Counted from the first letter of the stretch, positions 48,101 to 62,127 are shown. The stretch is DNA of 64,000 bases from Takakia lepidozioides (GCA_030704615.1 CM060732.1:48050001-48114000); one strand, 5' to 3'. Program-made: numbers and translations. The notes: generated from the sequence alone by a model not told the origin.

Positions 48101-50500
48101 ACCTGTCCCAACAAAGCATCTTGAGTGTGGTTATTGCTAGGTTGAAGAGATCTTTTGCTCACTAGAGCTCAGCCATGCTGTCCATAGCGGGAAGAGCCTT
48201 GGTGGCTAACCAAATACTTCTCGCCTCCACTTGGTTCTTTGCTGCAGTCTGGGATCCAGGAACCAAGCTCACGAATGAGATCAAAGCTCTCGTCAGGAAT
48301 TTTATTTGGGGGGCAACCACACACTCTCCCGTGAGACATGCCCTCATCTCATGGGATCAGCTTTGTCAACCTAAGAAGAAGGGAGGGATTGGGATTATTG
48401 ATCCTGCAACGCAGATCAAGGCGCTTTTGGCCAAATGGATCCCCAGAGCCTTGATTCATCGTCACAGTCCTTGGAGCAAGCTCATTCAACCTTATCTCAT
48501 GGGTGCGCATCCCACCTCCTCCCGCTATGGACTTAATCATTATGATGGGTAGTGCAAGGCAAGAATGCGAATGTGCACATGGGATCGAGACCTTGGCAGT
48601 CAATATGGGCAGTTTGGCAATCCATAAGAGGTTCCCTTACTCAAAGAATTCCTCTCAATTATGTTGAATGTTCCCGCCAACCGCTCTTTGCAAACTATAA
48701 CATGGACTGGTATGCTGATTGACCATAACCCAAAATGGGCATTCTGGGAGCATTGTGGGTTTACCCATATGGGCAGCATCTGGGACCAGAACCATTTCTT
48801 GGCTGCAGAAGCAGTCAGCCCTATTCTTGGCCCGAGACGAGCCAGGGCATGGCCTGCGCTACTTGATGAAGTACCGGAATATATGAAGCCACTGCTCAGA
48901 GATGGAGATTCCTCGTGGTCTCCACCCACATGGACGGCTTCAACTCTGCATAGAGGTAACACCATCCTCCTGGTCCTAGCGGTAACTGGGCATACAGCCT
49001 CTGGTATAGCCTTTGAAGCTGACTTTCATGGGACTCTTCAACTCGATGGAATGATGGATCTGCCGAAGAGTTCTCTATTTCCCATAAGGGTGTTTGATTC
49101 CAAAGGAAATCCAAACCCAAGCCCTCCAATGGGTCAAGAGCTGACATGGGCTCGGCATTGTACTTTCACGTGGTTTCTTAAACACCCCTTGGCTTCCCTT
49201 CAGTTTGACCCAAGGGAATGGAGCTGGATGGACTCCCACCACTCACCCTTTTTTGCCTACTCAGTGAAGATGGCCTACTCGCTATTAAGGCCTCCCCGAT
49301 CCTTTCTTCACCTCCATCTCTCGCAGCAAACCTGGGATAAGGTATGGAAAGATATCTGGAGGAAGCCAAAAGCAGCTAAGATCTCAGGCTTTTTGTGGAA
49401 GTTGGCACATAGGATCTTGCCAGTCAATGCTACTACCATGCTCAACAACTCCTGCTGCAACTTGTGTTTAACTTTGCCTGAGTCAATCGAACATTGCTTA
49501 GCAGAGTGTAATCTCCCTACAAGAGTGTGGAGAATGGTGATACATTTCTACTCTAACTAGGATCTTTTCCCATCCCCTCCCCCCATTTCTTTGCTCCTGT
49601 TGCTACCTGCTCACAACTTACCTTTGTGCCCTGTTTGGGCTTGTCTTAGGGCACTTACTCTTTAGCATCTCTGGAAGGCTAGGTGTTCTTTTGTTTATGA
49701 GGGAAGACCCCCCAGGGGCAGGTCAATTCTGTTTTGTATCTACCATGACCTGCTCACTAAGGGGAGGAAAGCCTGGGGCATCTTAACTGCAGCTATTTCC
49801 AGATCTTCACAGCAACGCGTGACCAAGCTGCTCAATGATTTTCTCCAGTCCTGGGGGAAAAATGGCACACTCGGCACCAACCTTCCCTCTTTGCGTTTCT
49901 GCTGGCATGGCACTATCCCCGCGGACTGGGAGGTCTCCTGGTGATGGGGATGACGGTGACTTTAATTGGAGACATAAGAAGGCTCGCGTTACAAAGTCCT
50001 GAACTTAGCTTCGATTTTAGCTCTTTTACGTGTGTTTCATAGGATGTTCCCTGTTAGCTTAAATAGTGGCTCCTATTGGAAGCGCATAAGTGCTTCAGTG
50101 ACATTGCTTTGATCTCCATTGCTGATTTGGGCACAGCTAATTTGCCTCTGTCAAGCAGGTAGAATGCAGGCAGCCTGCAACAGCCTCGGCAGTCAGCTCG
50201 TCTTTCTTGTTTGGGCTTACTTCTTCTTCTACTGCCCCTAATTCCACCACCCTGTTCTCGCTGCCCCCTTTGGAACCATAATCCAGCATGCTCGTTCTTA
50301 CCTTCTAGCTACCAACAATCTTCCCCCTGTCTAGCACCTCATGTAGCAAGTTAGCTTTGGCTCCGGGGAAGTTCCCCCTCAGTTAGCCTTCACGGCCTTC
50401 CTAGGTGGTTATTTTTTCCACCTGTTGTTATATTTTAATTTGAGTAAAAGGGCCTCCGTCCCCTTTCTCTAAAAATAAATAAAATAAAATAAAATAAAAA
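45158..50500 (+). mobile_element. L1-clade LINE, degenerate: ORF1 remnant + ORF2 (APE endonuclease, RT, Zn finger) + 3' UTR and A-rich tail; 5' boundary uncertain
   Basis: MNLSLTSWNIRG (45717), GDFN, RLDR, KSPGPDG, NYRPITLLN, LDFEKAFD, RQGC.LAPFLF, YADD and CNLC..ESIEHCL.EC. (AAAAT)n tail at ~50471-50500. Many stops. Confidence 0.9.
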
Positions 50501-50663
50501 ATTATATTTCTTTATTACGTGCGAATCTACTAGGACAGAGAATTTCGGGGTTGCTGTCACTATGCCAGCATGGCTGTGAAGGCGTGATGTGGCTCTCAAA
50601 GTGACACATTTGTACCCATAATATATATTTAAGGCCTTAGGAGTTCAAGTAACCTCTCTCTCA

Positions 50664-50957
50664 GAGCATGGCCAACGGCACCAAAAAGAGACGCGCTAAA
50701 TTCAAAATGATGTGCGGGCTGCCTGTCCACGTCCCCAAACAGCACCGCGAGGCTCACTAAGCCCCATCCCCGCTCAAATTCGGGTCCTCTCCCACGGCAT
50801 CCATCGCTCCTTTGCCGTCATCCTAGCACGCTATCCTAAATATATGGTGGGCCCAGATCCGGATGTACAATGGAAAAGGCCCAATACCACAAGATCAGCC
50901 TCACATGTGCTGATGGGTGGTAGGGTTCTGTTTCATGCGCCGCTGCTGGCCATGCTC
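50664..50957. mobile_element. PIF/Harbinger (Tourist-like) MITE, 294 bp
   Basis: TIR GAGCATGGCCA / TGGCCATGCTC (14/16 when extended); 3-bp TSD TCA on both sides. Confidence 0.8.
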
Positions 50958-51102
50958 TCAGGTAACACTCTATGTTATTGAACCACTTATGAGAAATAAA
51001 TGGATGAAATTTCAAGTTTATTATGGATGAAAGTAGATTCCACTATTCACAAAGATGAGCCATGATACGCGACTAGCTGCTTCTCTAATATACTTTCCAT
51101 AT

Positions 51103-51272
51103 GACAGCCAAGTTGTAGCCCAATGGTAATAGGCACATATCACCTCGAAAGTGGTTGTGGGTTCAATCCACCACTTGGTGTCACAAAGGTGTCCACCTTC
51201 CTACAGGAACCATTGGGTCAAGAGACATTATAATTTACACTTCCTTCAGAAGGCGTCATATATTATTATTAT
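51103..51272 (+). mobile_element. tRNA-derived SINE (170 bp), intact copy
   Basis: A box TAGCCCAATGG (51116), B box GGTTCAATCC (51160), (TAT)n tail, and 12-bp TSD tactttccatat (51091-51102 / 51273-51284). Confidence 0.85.
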
Positions 51273-51990
51273 TACTTTCCATATACAAATAAAGACTCAC
51301 TCATGCGTGCATATTTCGGGCAATGCTGGCAATTTTGACCAAAAAAAAAGAGAAGAGGTGGTTGACAATGTGACAAAAAAGATTATTAGTTTTTTTTTTT
51401 TTTTTGGGGGGGGGGCCAGTTTTGACAGAATACGACGATGACGTGTGTGACAAAAAAGATTTTTAGTTTTTCGTTGTTTTCTCAAACAGTTTGGGCAGTT
51501 TTGATAGAAAATATTGACAACCTGGCCAACAATGATGGGCAAACGATGGGCAAATGATGACATGGCACTTATGGGGCCTATTCCTGCTCTACACTATAAC
51601 TAGCCTACGACTTTTCTGTCGTCACTAGAGTTATATTATTTTCTCTCTGTAAATTCACTGGACGTTATAGTTGGAGCCTATAAAACAACAATGATCAATA
51701 TTCATATCAAGAAACAATAGCATCATGATCATGTTACCGGCTAAGATCATCAAAGAGAAATAAAAATTAATTTTTAAATACAAAAACTTGAAAAAATGAT
51801 AGTAGACATGGTGATACCTTAACAAGTCGGACTAGTTGATTGGGGCCTATGTAAGGACCACGGTCCAAGACCAAGACCAACTCAAATTCAAGAATTCTAT
51901 AGGAGGACATTTTCTTGGTAGGTCCGCAACATGTTTAAAGTTAATGTTCTTAATATTATGTTATTTATCCATATATCGATAAAATAAGGT

Positions 51991-54900
51991 AGTCTAGCGC
52001 CGAATTCCTCGAAGAGCGGTAAAATCTTGGACTTGCTTAGAGTTGGAGAAAATCCAAAATCCGGCGAATGGTACTTGCCAAATATTCGACTCTTCGTTCT
52101 TGACTCAAATGATTTATAGGTCCATGCAACCATCAATAGTGTCCAACACCTTGAACTTGAGACCACGCAGTGATTTGAGCATTCTGATTCTCGAAGCTGT
52201 CTTCAAACATGATTTCGTTGCCCTCTGTGTCCGAAACCTCAACCTCCAACAGAATTATCAGACTTCGAGAGGCTCCACTTGCCGCCGTACAGCGTCCAGA
52301 CGAGGAGGAAGTACGCGTCGCATTGGTGGCCCATCGTCTCGAGAGCGTCGGCGTGATATTGAAGGTCGTGAGAGTCGGAACAGCTGATCTGGTAGCTGGG
52401 TAAGTGACAACTCCAATGTATCTGGTTCATATGACTTCATACTGCCAATACAAGATGCATGAGTGCTGGAAGTGTAGCTATATACACTGATATATGGTGC
52501 TTCTCTCTCTTTAGCGTGTATCAGGTACATTGAATGTGGAGTCTTCACCTTGAAGCTAACTTGGCTGACATCAACATTGTGACGTCTTATTGACGTGTAG
52601 CTTGGGGCTTAGCTGGATATCGTTGATGAAACTCTTGGACTTTGTCAGATGCATTGGCAAGGTTGGATGAAGGTTCCCACGTTCGTTCGCTGATGTCGTA
52701 ACCTTTCCAATGTACGAAATACTCAAGAGGTTTATACTTGATGCGAGAGTCTAAGACTTCGTCGACTTCATACTCAATTTCCTGATTGACTTCGGTTGGT
52801 GGAGGTGGTACGGAGACTCTCCCTGAAATATTCGATGGATGATACAATTCCAATAATAAAACATGAAAGACTGAATGGATGCGCATACTTCGTGGGAGTT
52901 CAAGCCGAAAACTGACCGGATTTATTTGTCGAATAATTTGAATGGTCCCAGGCGTTGATAATCCAACTTCCTTGATGGTCGCAATGTTTGTATGTCCCGT
53001 TGAAGAAGCCACACACGATCTTCCGACCTTGAACTGGGGTTGGAGTGACGACATTGATCTGCGTACTCCTTGTATTGTTTTTGAGCTTCTGCGAGGTGGA
53101 ATGTAAGCTTCTTGTGAATCGTAGCAAGATGAGTAGCAAGGTTTTCTGCAGCAGGGCTTCCAACAGTCTTCATGTGAAATGGTTTGTTTGGGATGATGAC
53201 CATAATTAGAGAAAAATAGAGTTTGCTTGGTCAAAGAATATATAGTGTTGTTGTAGGCAAACTCAGCTAATGACAGAAGGTCCGTCCAATTATCTTGGTG
53301 ATAATTTATCGTACAGCGAAGATACTGCTCCAAAATCTGGTTTACACGTTCGGTTTGACCATTAGTCTGTGGATGATTAGCTGTAGAGAGGTTGATCTTA
53401 GTATCCAATATGTGAAATAATCCCCTCCAGAAATTCGATATGAACTGTGGTCCTCGATCAGATACGTTGTCCTTCAGGGAGTCTATGAATGAGGTAGATA
53501 TTATTGAGGAAGAGTCTTGCAGTTTCCTCGCCGGTAACCGTCTTATTACATGGAATGAAATGTGTCAACGATCTCAATAACAAGGATTGAATCGGTGGTC
53601 TTGGAAATTGGAAGGTCCGTAATAAAGTCCATAGACACGGACGACCATGGACCCTTGGGAATGGGTAATGGTTGAAGAAAGCCGTAAGGTCGATATCGTG
53701 GTCCCTTCGCTCTAGCACACGTGTCGCAAGATTCTATAAATTCTTTCACGAGTTTCCATATCTGCGGCCACCAATAGTCCCTGGATATCAATTTCATTGT
53801 TTTGTTGAAGCCGAAATGTCCTACAGCCGGAAGATCATGACATGTTCGAAGAATTCGAAGTAGTGTAGGTCCTGGAGGTACATAGAGAAGTCCCTTGAAA
53901 TAAAGTAAGCCATCTTTGAATTCGAAGTCGTTTGTAACATGTGGGTTGTCCCGAGGTCGATTTAGTTGACTTCGTAGTGTCGTGGCAAATTGACCGTTCT
54001 TCAGTGCTTCCTGAATCTCCTTTATGATCTCTACATCGTCATGGGTGGACATGGATAGCATATTCACTTGGAGATTAGCTGGTTTCAAGATGATGGATTT
54101 CTATTGGTGAAAAGCTGCATCCCCTTCTTTTGGCGCAAGATATGATCGTCGAGGAAAAACATCGGGTTTCCCTTGAAGATATCCGGGACGGTAGGTAATA
54201 ACAAAATCAAACTTTGCTAGTGACATACTCCATCTCGCAACAAGGTGAAGTCGGCCATCTGTACCGTATTGAAAGAGTACCGCGCCAAGTGTAAAGTCCG
54301 ATGCATCTGCTTCAAAAAAGAATGGTTTAGATGGGTCTGCATGTACCAGTATTGGAGCCGTTGTAAATGCCTGCTTCAGCCTTTCAAATGATTGGTCAGC
54401 CTTCTCGTCCCATATAAATTTGTCATTCCCTGTGAGTCGTGTCAATGATGCAGCAATTTTGGAGTAGTCATTGATGAAGATTCTATAGAAATTTGCAAAT
54501 CCTAGAAAATATTGTACATCTCGGACCGAAGTTGGTTTAATCCACTCGATGATGGTTTGTATTTTCTTCTGATCCATAAAGACTCATTTGTCGGAAATAA
54601 TGTAGCCCAAAAATTCGACTTCAGATTGGTGGAAAAGACATTTTTCCAATTTAATATATAATCATTTTTCCCTCAATTTATCAAGGACAAGACGTACATG
54701 GCGGCCATGTTCTTCTTCATTATGTGAAAATATCAAAATGTCGTCCAGATAGATGACTACAAAGTCATCTAAAAATTCTCGAAAGATATCATTCATCATG
54801 TGTTGAAAAATTGCTGGGCATTTGTAAGACCGAAAGGCATAACACTGTATTCGAAATGTCCGTACCTTGTGCGAAAAGCAGTCTTCCATTTGTCTCTTTC

Positions 54901-57588
54901 TTTTATTCATATAAGGTTGTAAGCTCCTCTCAAGTCGATCTTTGTGAAAAAATTTGCTCGTCCAAGTTGTTCGAGAAGTCTGGAAATCAGCGGTAGTGGG
55001 TAACGATTTTTTATAGTGACTTTGTTGAGCCCACGATAGTCCACACACATGCGTAACGATCCGTCTTTTTTCTGCACAAATAAGATAGGTGCTCCCGCGG
55101 GTGATTTCGAATGTCGAATAAAATTCTTTGACAAATTTTCATCAATGTATTTGCGTATAGCAGCCACCTCCGTCTGAGATAAATTGTAGATCGGGCCGAA
55201 TGGTAGTTGAGCTCCTTCTTGCAACTCAATTGCACAATCATAAGGTCAATGTTATGGCAACATGTCTGCATTTTTTTTCTCGAAGACATCCTTGAAATCT
55301 TGATATTGAGTGGGTAATGTCGAAGTACCTTGGTCTATTGTGGTTTTGATCGGAGTTGCATAAAGTGCAAATGTCGCGTCTTTCTTTGTAGCTCTCATGA
55401 AGGCTCTAGCTCCAAGAAACAGGGGTTGAATACCTTTGGTACTTTTGCATTTTTGTCTTGTCGAAATTTTTCCTGATCGCCAGTCGATGTCAGGATTATG
55501 AAGTACAAACCAGGGAAGTCCAAAGATCACAGGATTCGTTGGAGACTGGATGACATTGAAAACAATCTGTGATGCTTAATTTTTAAGCTTCACTTCAAGG
55601 GGTTGAGTTTCATGGTCAATATTTCCTGATGCTAACGGTCGTCCATCGATGACTTCAACAGGGACTGAGAATTTCTTTCTTACGAGCGTTAAATTGTGTT
55701 GCTTCGCAAAATCTTTGTCAATAAAACACGCTGAAGCGTCCGAGTCCAAAAGTGCTTCTACGGAGATATCTTGATTTTGCATCCTGATCTTTACTGGAAC
55801 TGTGAAGCAAGGTACAAGATCTGGAGGTAGAAAGAGACTTTTTTTTGGTGAGGAATTTGGGGTGTCCAGCCGCATGGTCCCTACTGTGACTGGACATCTT
55901 CGTTTTCCGACCTTCGCGTATCGAACACTTGTGTTGTGCCCCGAGCTTTGAATCTTTTCTTATTGGGGCAATTTAATGCTATGTGATCTTCTTCTCCGCA
56001 ATAAAGGCATAATCCATTCGAGCGTCGTCTTTGTTTTTCTTGTGGCGTCAATGGCTTGAATCGGACAACATCAATCTACATATGATCACTACCGGATGTC
56101 TAATGGATTGTTGTATTTGGTGTCGTAGTAGCAGCGGCATGGTGCGTCGTCGACCATCCAGATCATTTCTCTTGACGTCTTTCGAACAAACGATTATCGT
56201 ATGCAATGACTTGGGTGATGAATTCGCTCAGTGTACTCACGTTTGGCATTGTCAGCAACAAATCTTTAACATCATCTTTTAGGCCACATCGAAACTGACT
56301 AATGAGACTCTTTTCATTCCAGTCGAGGTCGCACGCAAGTTGTTGAAATTCGGCAGCATAAACGGAAGCTGGACGTGCTCCTTGTCGAAGATTTCGTATC
56401 TTTGTCTCTGCAACTCTCTCTCTATCATTATCTCCAAACGTTGTAGTGAACTCGGACATGAACGCTTCAAATTGTATAGTAAATGCGAATTTTTCTCTAA
56501 TAGCGGTGCAAACCAAGATAGGGCAGTGCCGGATAGGAGGGTGCCCACAAATCCCACTTGAATACCTTCATCAGGGTAGCGTTGTGGATGTAGTCGTAGG
56601 AACAATCGTACTTGTTGAACAAAACCGCGAAATCTTGATCTCGTCTCATCAAATTTTTTGGGCATGCTGACCTTTGGTTCCCTTGTAATCTGTTCAAGAT
56701 TTGGAGGAACCGTTGCAGTAGGATTTGTTGTGGTAGGGACTTGTAAGGTTGAAGATCCATTGTTTAACTCCTTCAACTCTGAAATTTGTTATTGCAAATT
56801 GTTGAGAGCGTTGCCAAGATCTTGAGACTGATCAGCTTATAATTGGGCAGTAGAGGCACGAAGTTCTTGCATCTGGAGCTGAAGACTCTGCAATGTGGCG
56901 ACAATTTCCGCAAGTGTGTCTTCCAGCTTAACTAATTAAGGAACAAACTTTAGTCTCGCCAAACTGTCAAGGACGAGAACATGACTGAACACAAACCAGA
57001 TATCAGATTAGAGGTACAAAACTAGACAAGAAATCAAGGTCGGCGTGGTTGAATGCATAATGAGTAAATAGGAATCAAGACGATCTTTATAACAATGAAC
57101 AAGGGTACAAGATATTGGAACACGACTTGAATACTGGAAATGCTGGAAATTGGACTGGAGTACCAGATACTGGACATTGGGCTAGGGTACTGGGAACTAG
57201 ACTGAAGTACTGGGAACTGGAAACAAAAGTAGCTTGAACTGGTGTTGGTGAGACTGAAGAGTGTCCAGTCTCGCCTCCTATATATACTGGCTACTAAGAA
57301 GCTTCCCTAAGAAGCTTCCCCTATGGAGGTTTCTTGCTGGAGAAGTTTCCAAGATTAAACAAAGGTTTCTTGATGAAGAAGTTTCCTTAAGCAAATGAGG
57401 TATCTTGATGAAGAAGTTTCCTCCAAAGGAAGCTTCCTGAGCAGTTTCCCAAGTTACTCTTGGTAATTTGATAACTTCCGGTAACTTGGTAAGTAATGAT
57501 AAATCACAGTGAGTCATGGTAACTTCCGATAACTTAGTAACTTCTGGTATTTACTCCTGGTAAGTTCCTCTGGGCTATGTCCGTGACA
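51991..57588 (-). mobile_element. Tcn1-like chromovirus (Ty3/gypsy) copy A: 5' LTR 56965-57588, gag-PR-RT-RH-INT-chromodomain, degenerate; PPT and 3' LTR not adjacent
   Basis: gag (PKVSMPKKFD, LSGTALSWF), PR (ALLDSDA), RT (YLDDILI), INT (HFGFNKT, HPQTNGQTER) and chromodomain (YEVDEVLDSR..YFVHWKGY..TWEP). LTR termini TGTCA...TGACA. Partial RNase H deletion at ~54240. Confidence 0.92.
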
Positions 57589-57621
57589 GTTTGAATCCAC
57601 AACTACTTCCGAGGTGGTTTT

Positions 57622-60600
57622 TATCAAGGACGAGAGCATGACTAAACACAAACAAGAGATCAGACTAGAGGTACAAGACTAGACAAGAAGTCAAGGTCGG
57701 CGTGGCCGAATGCATGATGGGTATATATGAATCAAGATGATCTTTATAACAATGGACAAGAGTACAAGATACTGGAACTTGACTTGGATACTGGAATGCT
57801 GGAAACTGGACTGGAGTACTAGATACTGGAAGCTAGACTGGAGTACTGGGACTGGAAACAAGAGTAGTTTGAACTTGTGTTGGCGAGACTGAAGAGTGTC
57901 CAGTCTTGCCTCCTATATATACTGGCTACTAGGAGGTTCCCTAAGAGGCTTCTCCAAAAGAGGTTTCTTGATGGAAAAGTTTCCAAGGTTAAACAAAGGT
58001 TTCTTGATGGAAAAGTTTCCTTAAACAAAGGAGGTATCTTGATGAAAAAGTTTCATCCAAAAGAAGCTTCTTGAGCAGTTTCTCAAGTTACCCTCGGTAA
58101 TTTGATAAACTCTCTATAACTTGGTAACTAATGGTAACTTATGATAAATCATGGTAGATCATGGTAGATTACGGTAACTTTCGATAACATGATAACTTGG
58201 TAACTTTTGGTATTTACTTCTGGTAAGTTCTTCTAGGCCATGTCCGCAACATCACCCCCTTCTCTAGCGCCGAGTTCCTCGAGGAGCGGTAAAATCTTGG
58301 ACTTGCTTAGAGTTGGAGAACCTCTCTCCTTAGTGTGTATCAGATACACTGAATGTGGAGTCTTCACCTTGAAACTAACTTGACTGACATCATCGTTGTG
58401 ATGTCTTATTGACGTGTAGCTCGGGGCCTAGCTGGATATCGTTGATAAAACTCTTGGACTTTGTCAGATGCATTGGCAAGGTTGGATGAAGGTTCTCACG
58501 TTCGTTCGCTGATGTCGTAGCCTTTCCAATGTACGAAATACTCAAGACGTTTATATTTGATGCGAAAGTCTAGGACTTCGTCGACTTCATACTCAATTTC
58601 TTGATTGACTTCGATTGGTGGAGGTAGTACAAAGACTCTCCCTAGAATATTCGATGGATGATACAATTTCAATAATAAAACATGAAAGACTAGATGGATG
58701 CGCATACTTCGTGGGAGTTCAAGCCGAAAATTTACCCAATTTTTTTGTCGAATAATTTGAATGGTCCCAGGCGTTGATAATCCAACTTCCTTGATGGTCG
58801 CGAGATTTGTATGTCCCGTCGAAGAAGCCACACACGATCTCCGACCTCGAACTGGGGTTGGAGTTGGCGATGTTGATTTGCATACTCCTTGTATTGTTTT
58901 TGAACTTTTGCGAGGTGGAGTGTAAGCTCCTTGTGAATCGTAGCAAGATGAGTAGCAAGGTTTTCTGCAGTAGGGCTTCCAACAGTCTTCATGTGGAAAG
59001 GGTTTGCTTGAGGATGATGACCATAATTGGAGAAAAATAGAGTTTGCTTGGTCGAAGAATGTATAGTGTTGTTGTAGGTAAATTCAGCCAATGACAGAAG
59101 GTCCGTCCAATTATCTTGGTGATAATTTATCGTACAACGAAGATACTGCTTTAAAATCTGGTTTACATGTTCAATTTGACCATCAGTCTGTGGATGATTA
59201 GTTGTAGAGAGATTGATCTTAGTATCCAATATGTGAAATAATCCCCTCCAAAAATTTGATATGAACTGTGGTCCTCGATCAGATACGATGATCTTCGGGA
59301 GTCCATGAATGCGGTAGATATTATTGAGGAAGAGTCTTGCAGTTTCTTCACCGATAACCGTCTTATTACGTGGAATGAAATGTGTCATCTTTGTAATGAT
59401 ACAATAACAATGATTGAATCGGTGGTCTTGGAAATTGGAAGGTCCGTAATAAAGTCCATGGACACGGACGACCATGGACCATTGGGAATGGGTAATGGTT
59501 GAAGAAGGCCGTAAGGTCGGTATCGTGGTCCCTTCGCTCTAGCACACGTGTCGCAAGATTCTATAAATTCTTTCACGAGCTTCTACATCTGCGGCCACCA
59601 ATAGTCCCTGGATATCAATTCCATTGTTTTGTTGAAGCTGAAATGTCTTGCAGCTGGAAAATCATGACATGTTTGAAGAATTCGCAGTCGTATAGGTCAT
59701 GGAGGTACATAGAGAAATCCCTTGAAATAAAGTAAGTCATCTTCGAATTCGAAGTCGTTTGTAATATGTGGGTTGTCTCGAGGTCGATTTAGTTAACTTC
59801 GTAGTGTCGTAGCAAATTGGTCGCTCTTCAGTGCTTCCTGAATCTCATTTATGATCTCTGTATCGTCATAGGTGGACATTGATAGCATATTCAATTGAAG
59901 ATTTGCTGGTTTCAAGATGATAGATTTCTGTTGGTCGAAAGTTGTCTCCTCTTTTTTCGGCGCAAGATACAATCGTCGAGAAAGAGCATCGGGTTTCCCT
60001 TGAAGATGTCCGGGGCGATAGGTAATAACAAAATCAAACTTTGCTAGTGACATACCTCATCTTGCTTGACGTCGATTCAAAACACGAGCACTCATAAAAT
60101 ATTCGAGGTTTTTGTGATCGGTGTAGATAGTGACCTGATGTTTAGTTCCCTCCAATAGATGACGTCACTCTTTAAAAGCATCGATGATCGCTAGAAATTC
60201 TTTGTCATGGATTTCATAATTGATCTTTGCAGCGGAAAATTTGTAAGAACGAAAACCAACAGGGTGAAGTCGGCCATCCGTACCGTATTGAGAGAGTATA
60301 ACGCCAAGTGCAGAGTCTGATGTATCTGCTTCCAAAAAGAATGGTTTAGATGGGTCTGCATGTATCAGTATTGGGGCCATTGTAAATGCCTGCTTCAGCC
60401 TTTCAACTGCTTGGTCAGCCTTCTCGTCCCATACAAATTTGTCCTTCGCTGTGAGTCATGTCAATGGTGCAGCAATTTTGGAGTAGTCATTGATGAAGAT
60501 TTTATAAAAATTTACAAATCCCAGAAAACATTGTACATCTCGGACCGAAGTTGGTTTAATCCACTCGATGATGGTTTGTATTTTCTTCTGATCCATAAAG

Positions 60601-61388
60601 ACGTCTTTGTCGGAAATAATGTAGCCAGAAATTCGACCTCAGATTGATGGAAAAAACATTTTTTCAACTTGGCATATAGTTCTATTTATCTTAATTTATC
60701 AAGGACAAGACATACATAGCGGCCATGTTCTTCTTCATTATGTGAAAATATCAAAATGTCGTCCAAATAGATGACTACAAAGTCATCTAAAAATTCTTGA
60801 AAGATGTCATTCATCATATGTTGGAAAATTGCTGGAGCATTTGTAAGACCGAAAGACATAACACTGTATTCAGAATGTCAATACTTTGTTCGAAAAGTTG
60901 TTTTCCATTCGTCTCCTTCTTTTATCCGTACAAGGTTATAAGCTCCTCTCAAGTCAATTTTGGTGAAAATTTTCGTTCGCCCCAGTTGATCAAGAAGCCC
61001 AGAAATCAGCGGCAACGGATAACGATTCTTAATTGTGACTTTGTTGAGACCGCGATAGTCCACACACATACGTAATGATCCGTCATTCTTTTTCACAAAC
61101 AAGATAGGCGCCCCCGCAAACAAAGGTTTCTTGATGGAGAAATTTCCTTAAACATAGGAGGTATCTTGATGGAAAAGTTTCCTTCAAAAGAAGCTTATTG
61201 AGCAGATTCCCAAGTTACCCTCGGTAATTTGGTAAACTCCCTGTAGTTTGGTAACTAATGGTAACTAATGGTAAATCGTGGTAGATCATGATAGATCATG
61301 ATAGATCACGGTAACTTTTAGTAACATGGTAATTTGGTAACTTCTGGTATTTACTCCTAGTAAGTTTCTCTGGGCTATGTCCGTAACA
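57622..61388 (-). mobile_element. Tcn1-like chromovirus copy B: 3' LTR 57622-58250, PPT, RT-RH-INT-chromodomain; an internal deletion at ~61118 joins RT to the distal part of the 5' LTR
   Basis: Colinear with copy A. PPT (tcaccccct on +) lies next to the LTR. Sequence jumps from [10 protein letters not shown] directly into LTR sequence ending ccgtaaca at 61388. Confidence 0.9.
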
Positions 61389-61565
61389 GTATGTGCCCAT
61401 TACCACTGGGCTACAATTTGGACATACACATGCAGACCGCCAATGAGTAGGCACATGGATAGCATATTCAACAGCCAAGACAGACTCAACGTAGCTGCCA
61501 CCAAAAGCAGACTCAGATTATATCATAGAACTAGACTGTTTGAGAGATACAATGCAATAACTCTT

Positions 61566-62127
61566 TATCGGAAGTTACCATGACTTACCGTGATTTACCA
61601 TGATCTACCATGATCTATCATGATTTACCATTACTTACCAAGTTACCGGAAGTTTACCAAATTACCAAGAGTAACTTGGGAAACTGCTCAGGAAGCTTCT
61701 TTTGGATGAAACTTTTCCATCAAGATACCTCATTTGTTTAAGGAAACTTCTCCATCAAGAAACCTCCATAGGGGAAGCTTCTTAGGGAAGCTTTTTAGTA
61801 GCCAGTATATATAGGAGGCGAGACTGGACACTCTTCAGTCTCGCCAACACCAGTTCAAGCTACTCTTGTTTCCAGTTCCCAGTACTCCAGTCTAGTTCCC
61901 AGTACCCTAGCCCAATTTCCAGTATGTGGTACTCCAGTCCAGTTTCCAGCATTTCCAGTATTCAAGTCGTGTTCCAATATCTTGTACCTTTGTTCATTGT
62001 TATAAATATCGTCTTGATTCCTATTTACTCATTATGCATTCGGCCACGCCGGCCTTGACTTCTTGTCTAGTCTTGTACCTCTAATCTGATCTCTGGTTCG
62101 TGTTCAGTCATGTTCTCGTCCTTGACA
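61566..62127 (+). repeat. 5'-truncated LTR in opposite orientation, probably the displaced 3' LTR of chromovirus copy A
   Basis: Shares copy-A-specific sequence (aagcttcccctatggagg, gctagggtactggg) absent from the copy B LTR. Ends cttgaca and is followed by the SINE 3' half. Confidence 0.8.

Noticed and set aside
61566-62127. Independent solo LTR (third insertion into a SINE)
   Set aside because: Sequence variants and flanks fit the displaced 3' LTR of copy A better.
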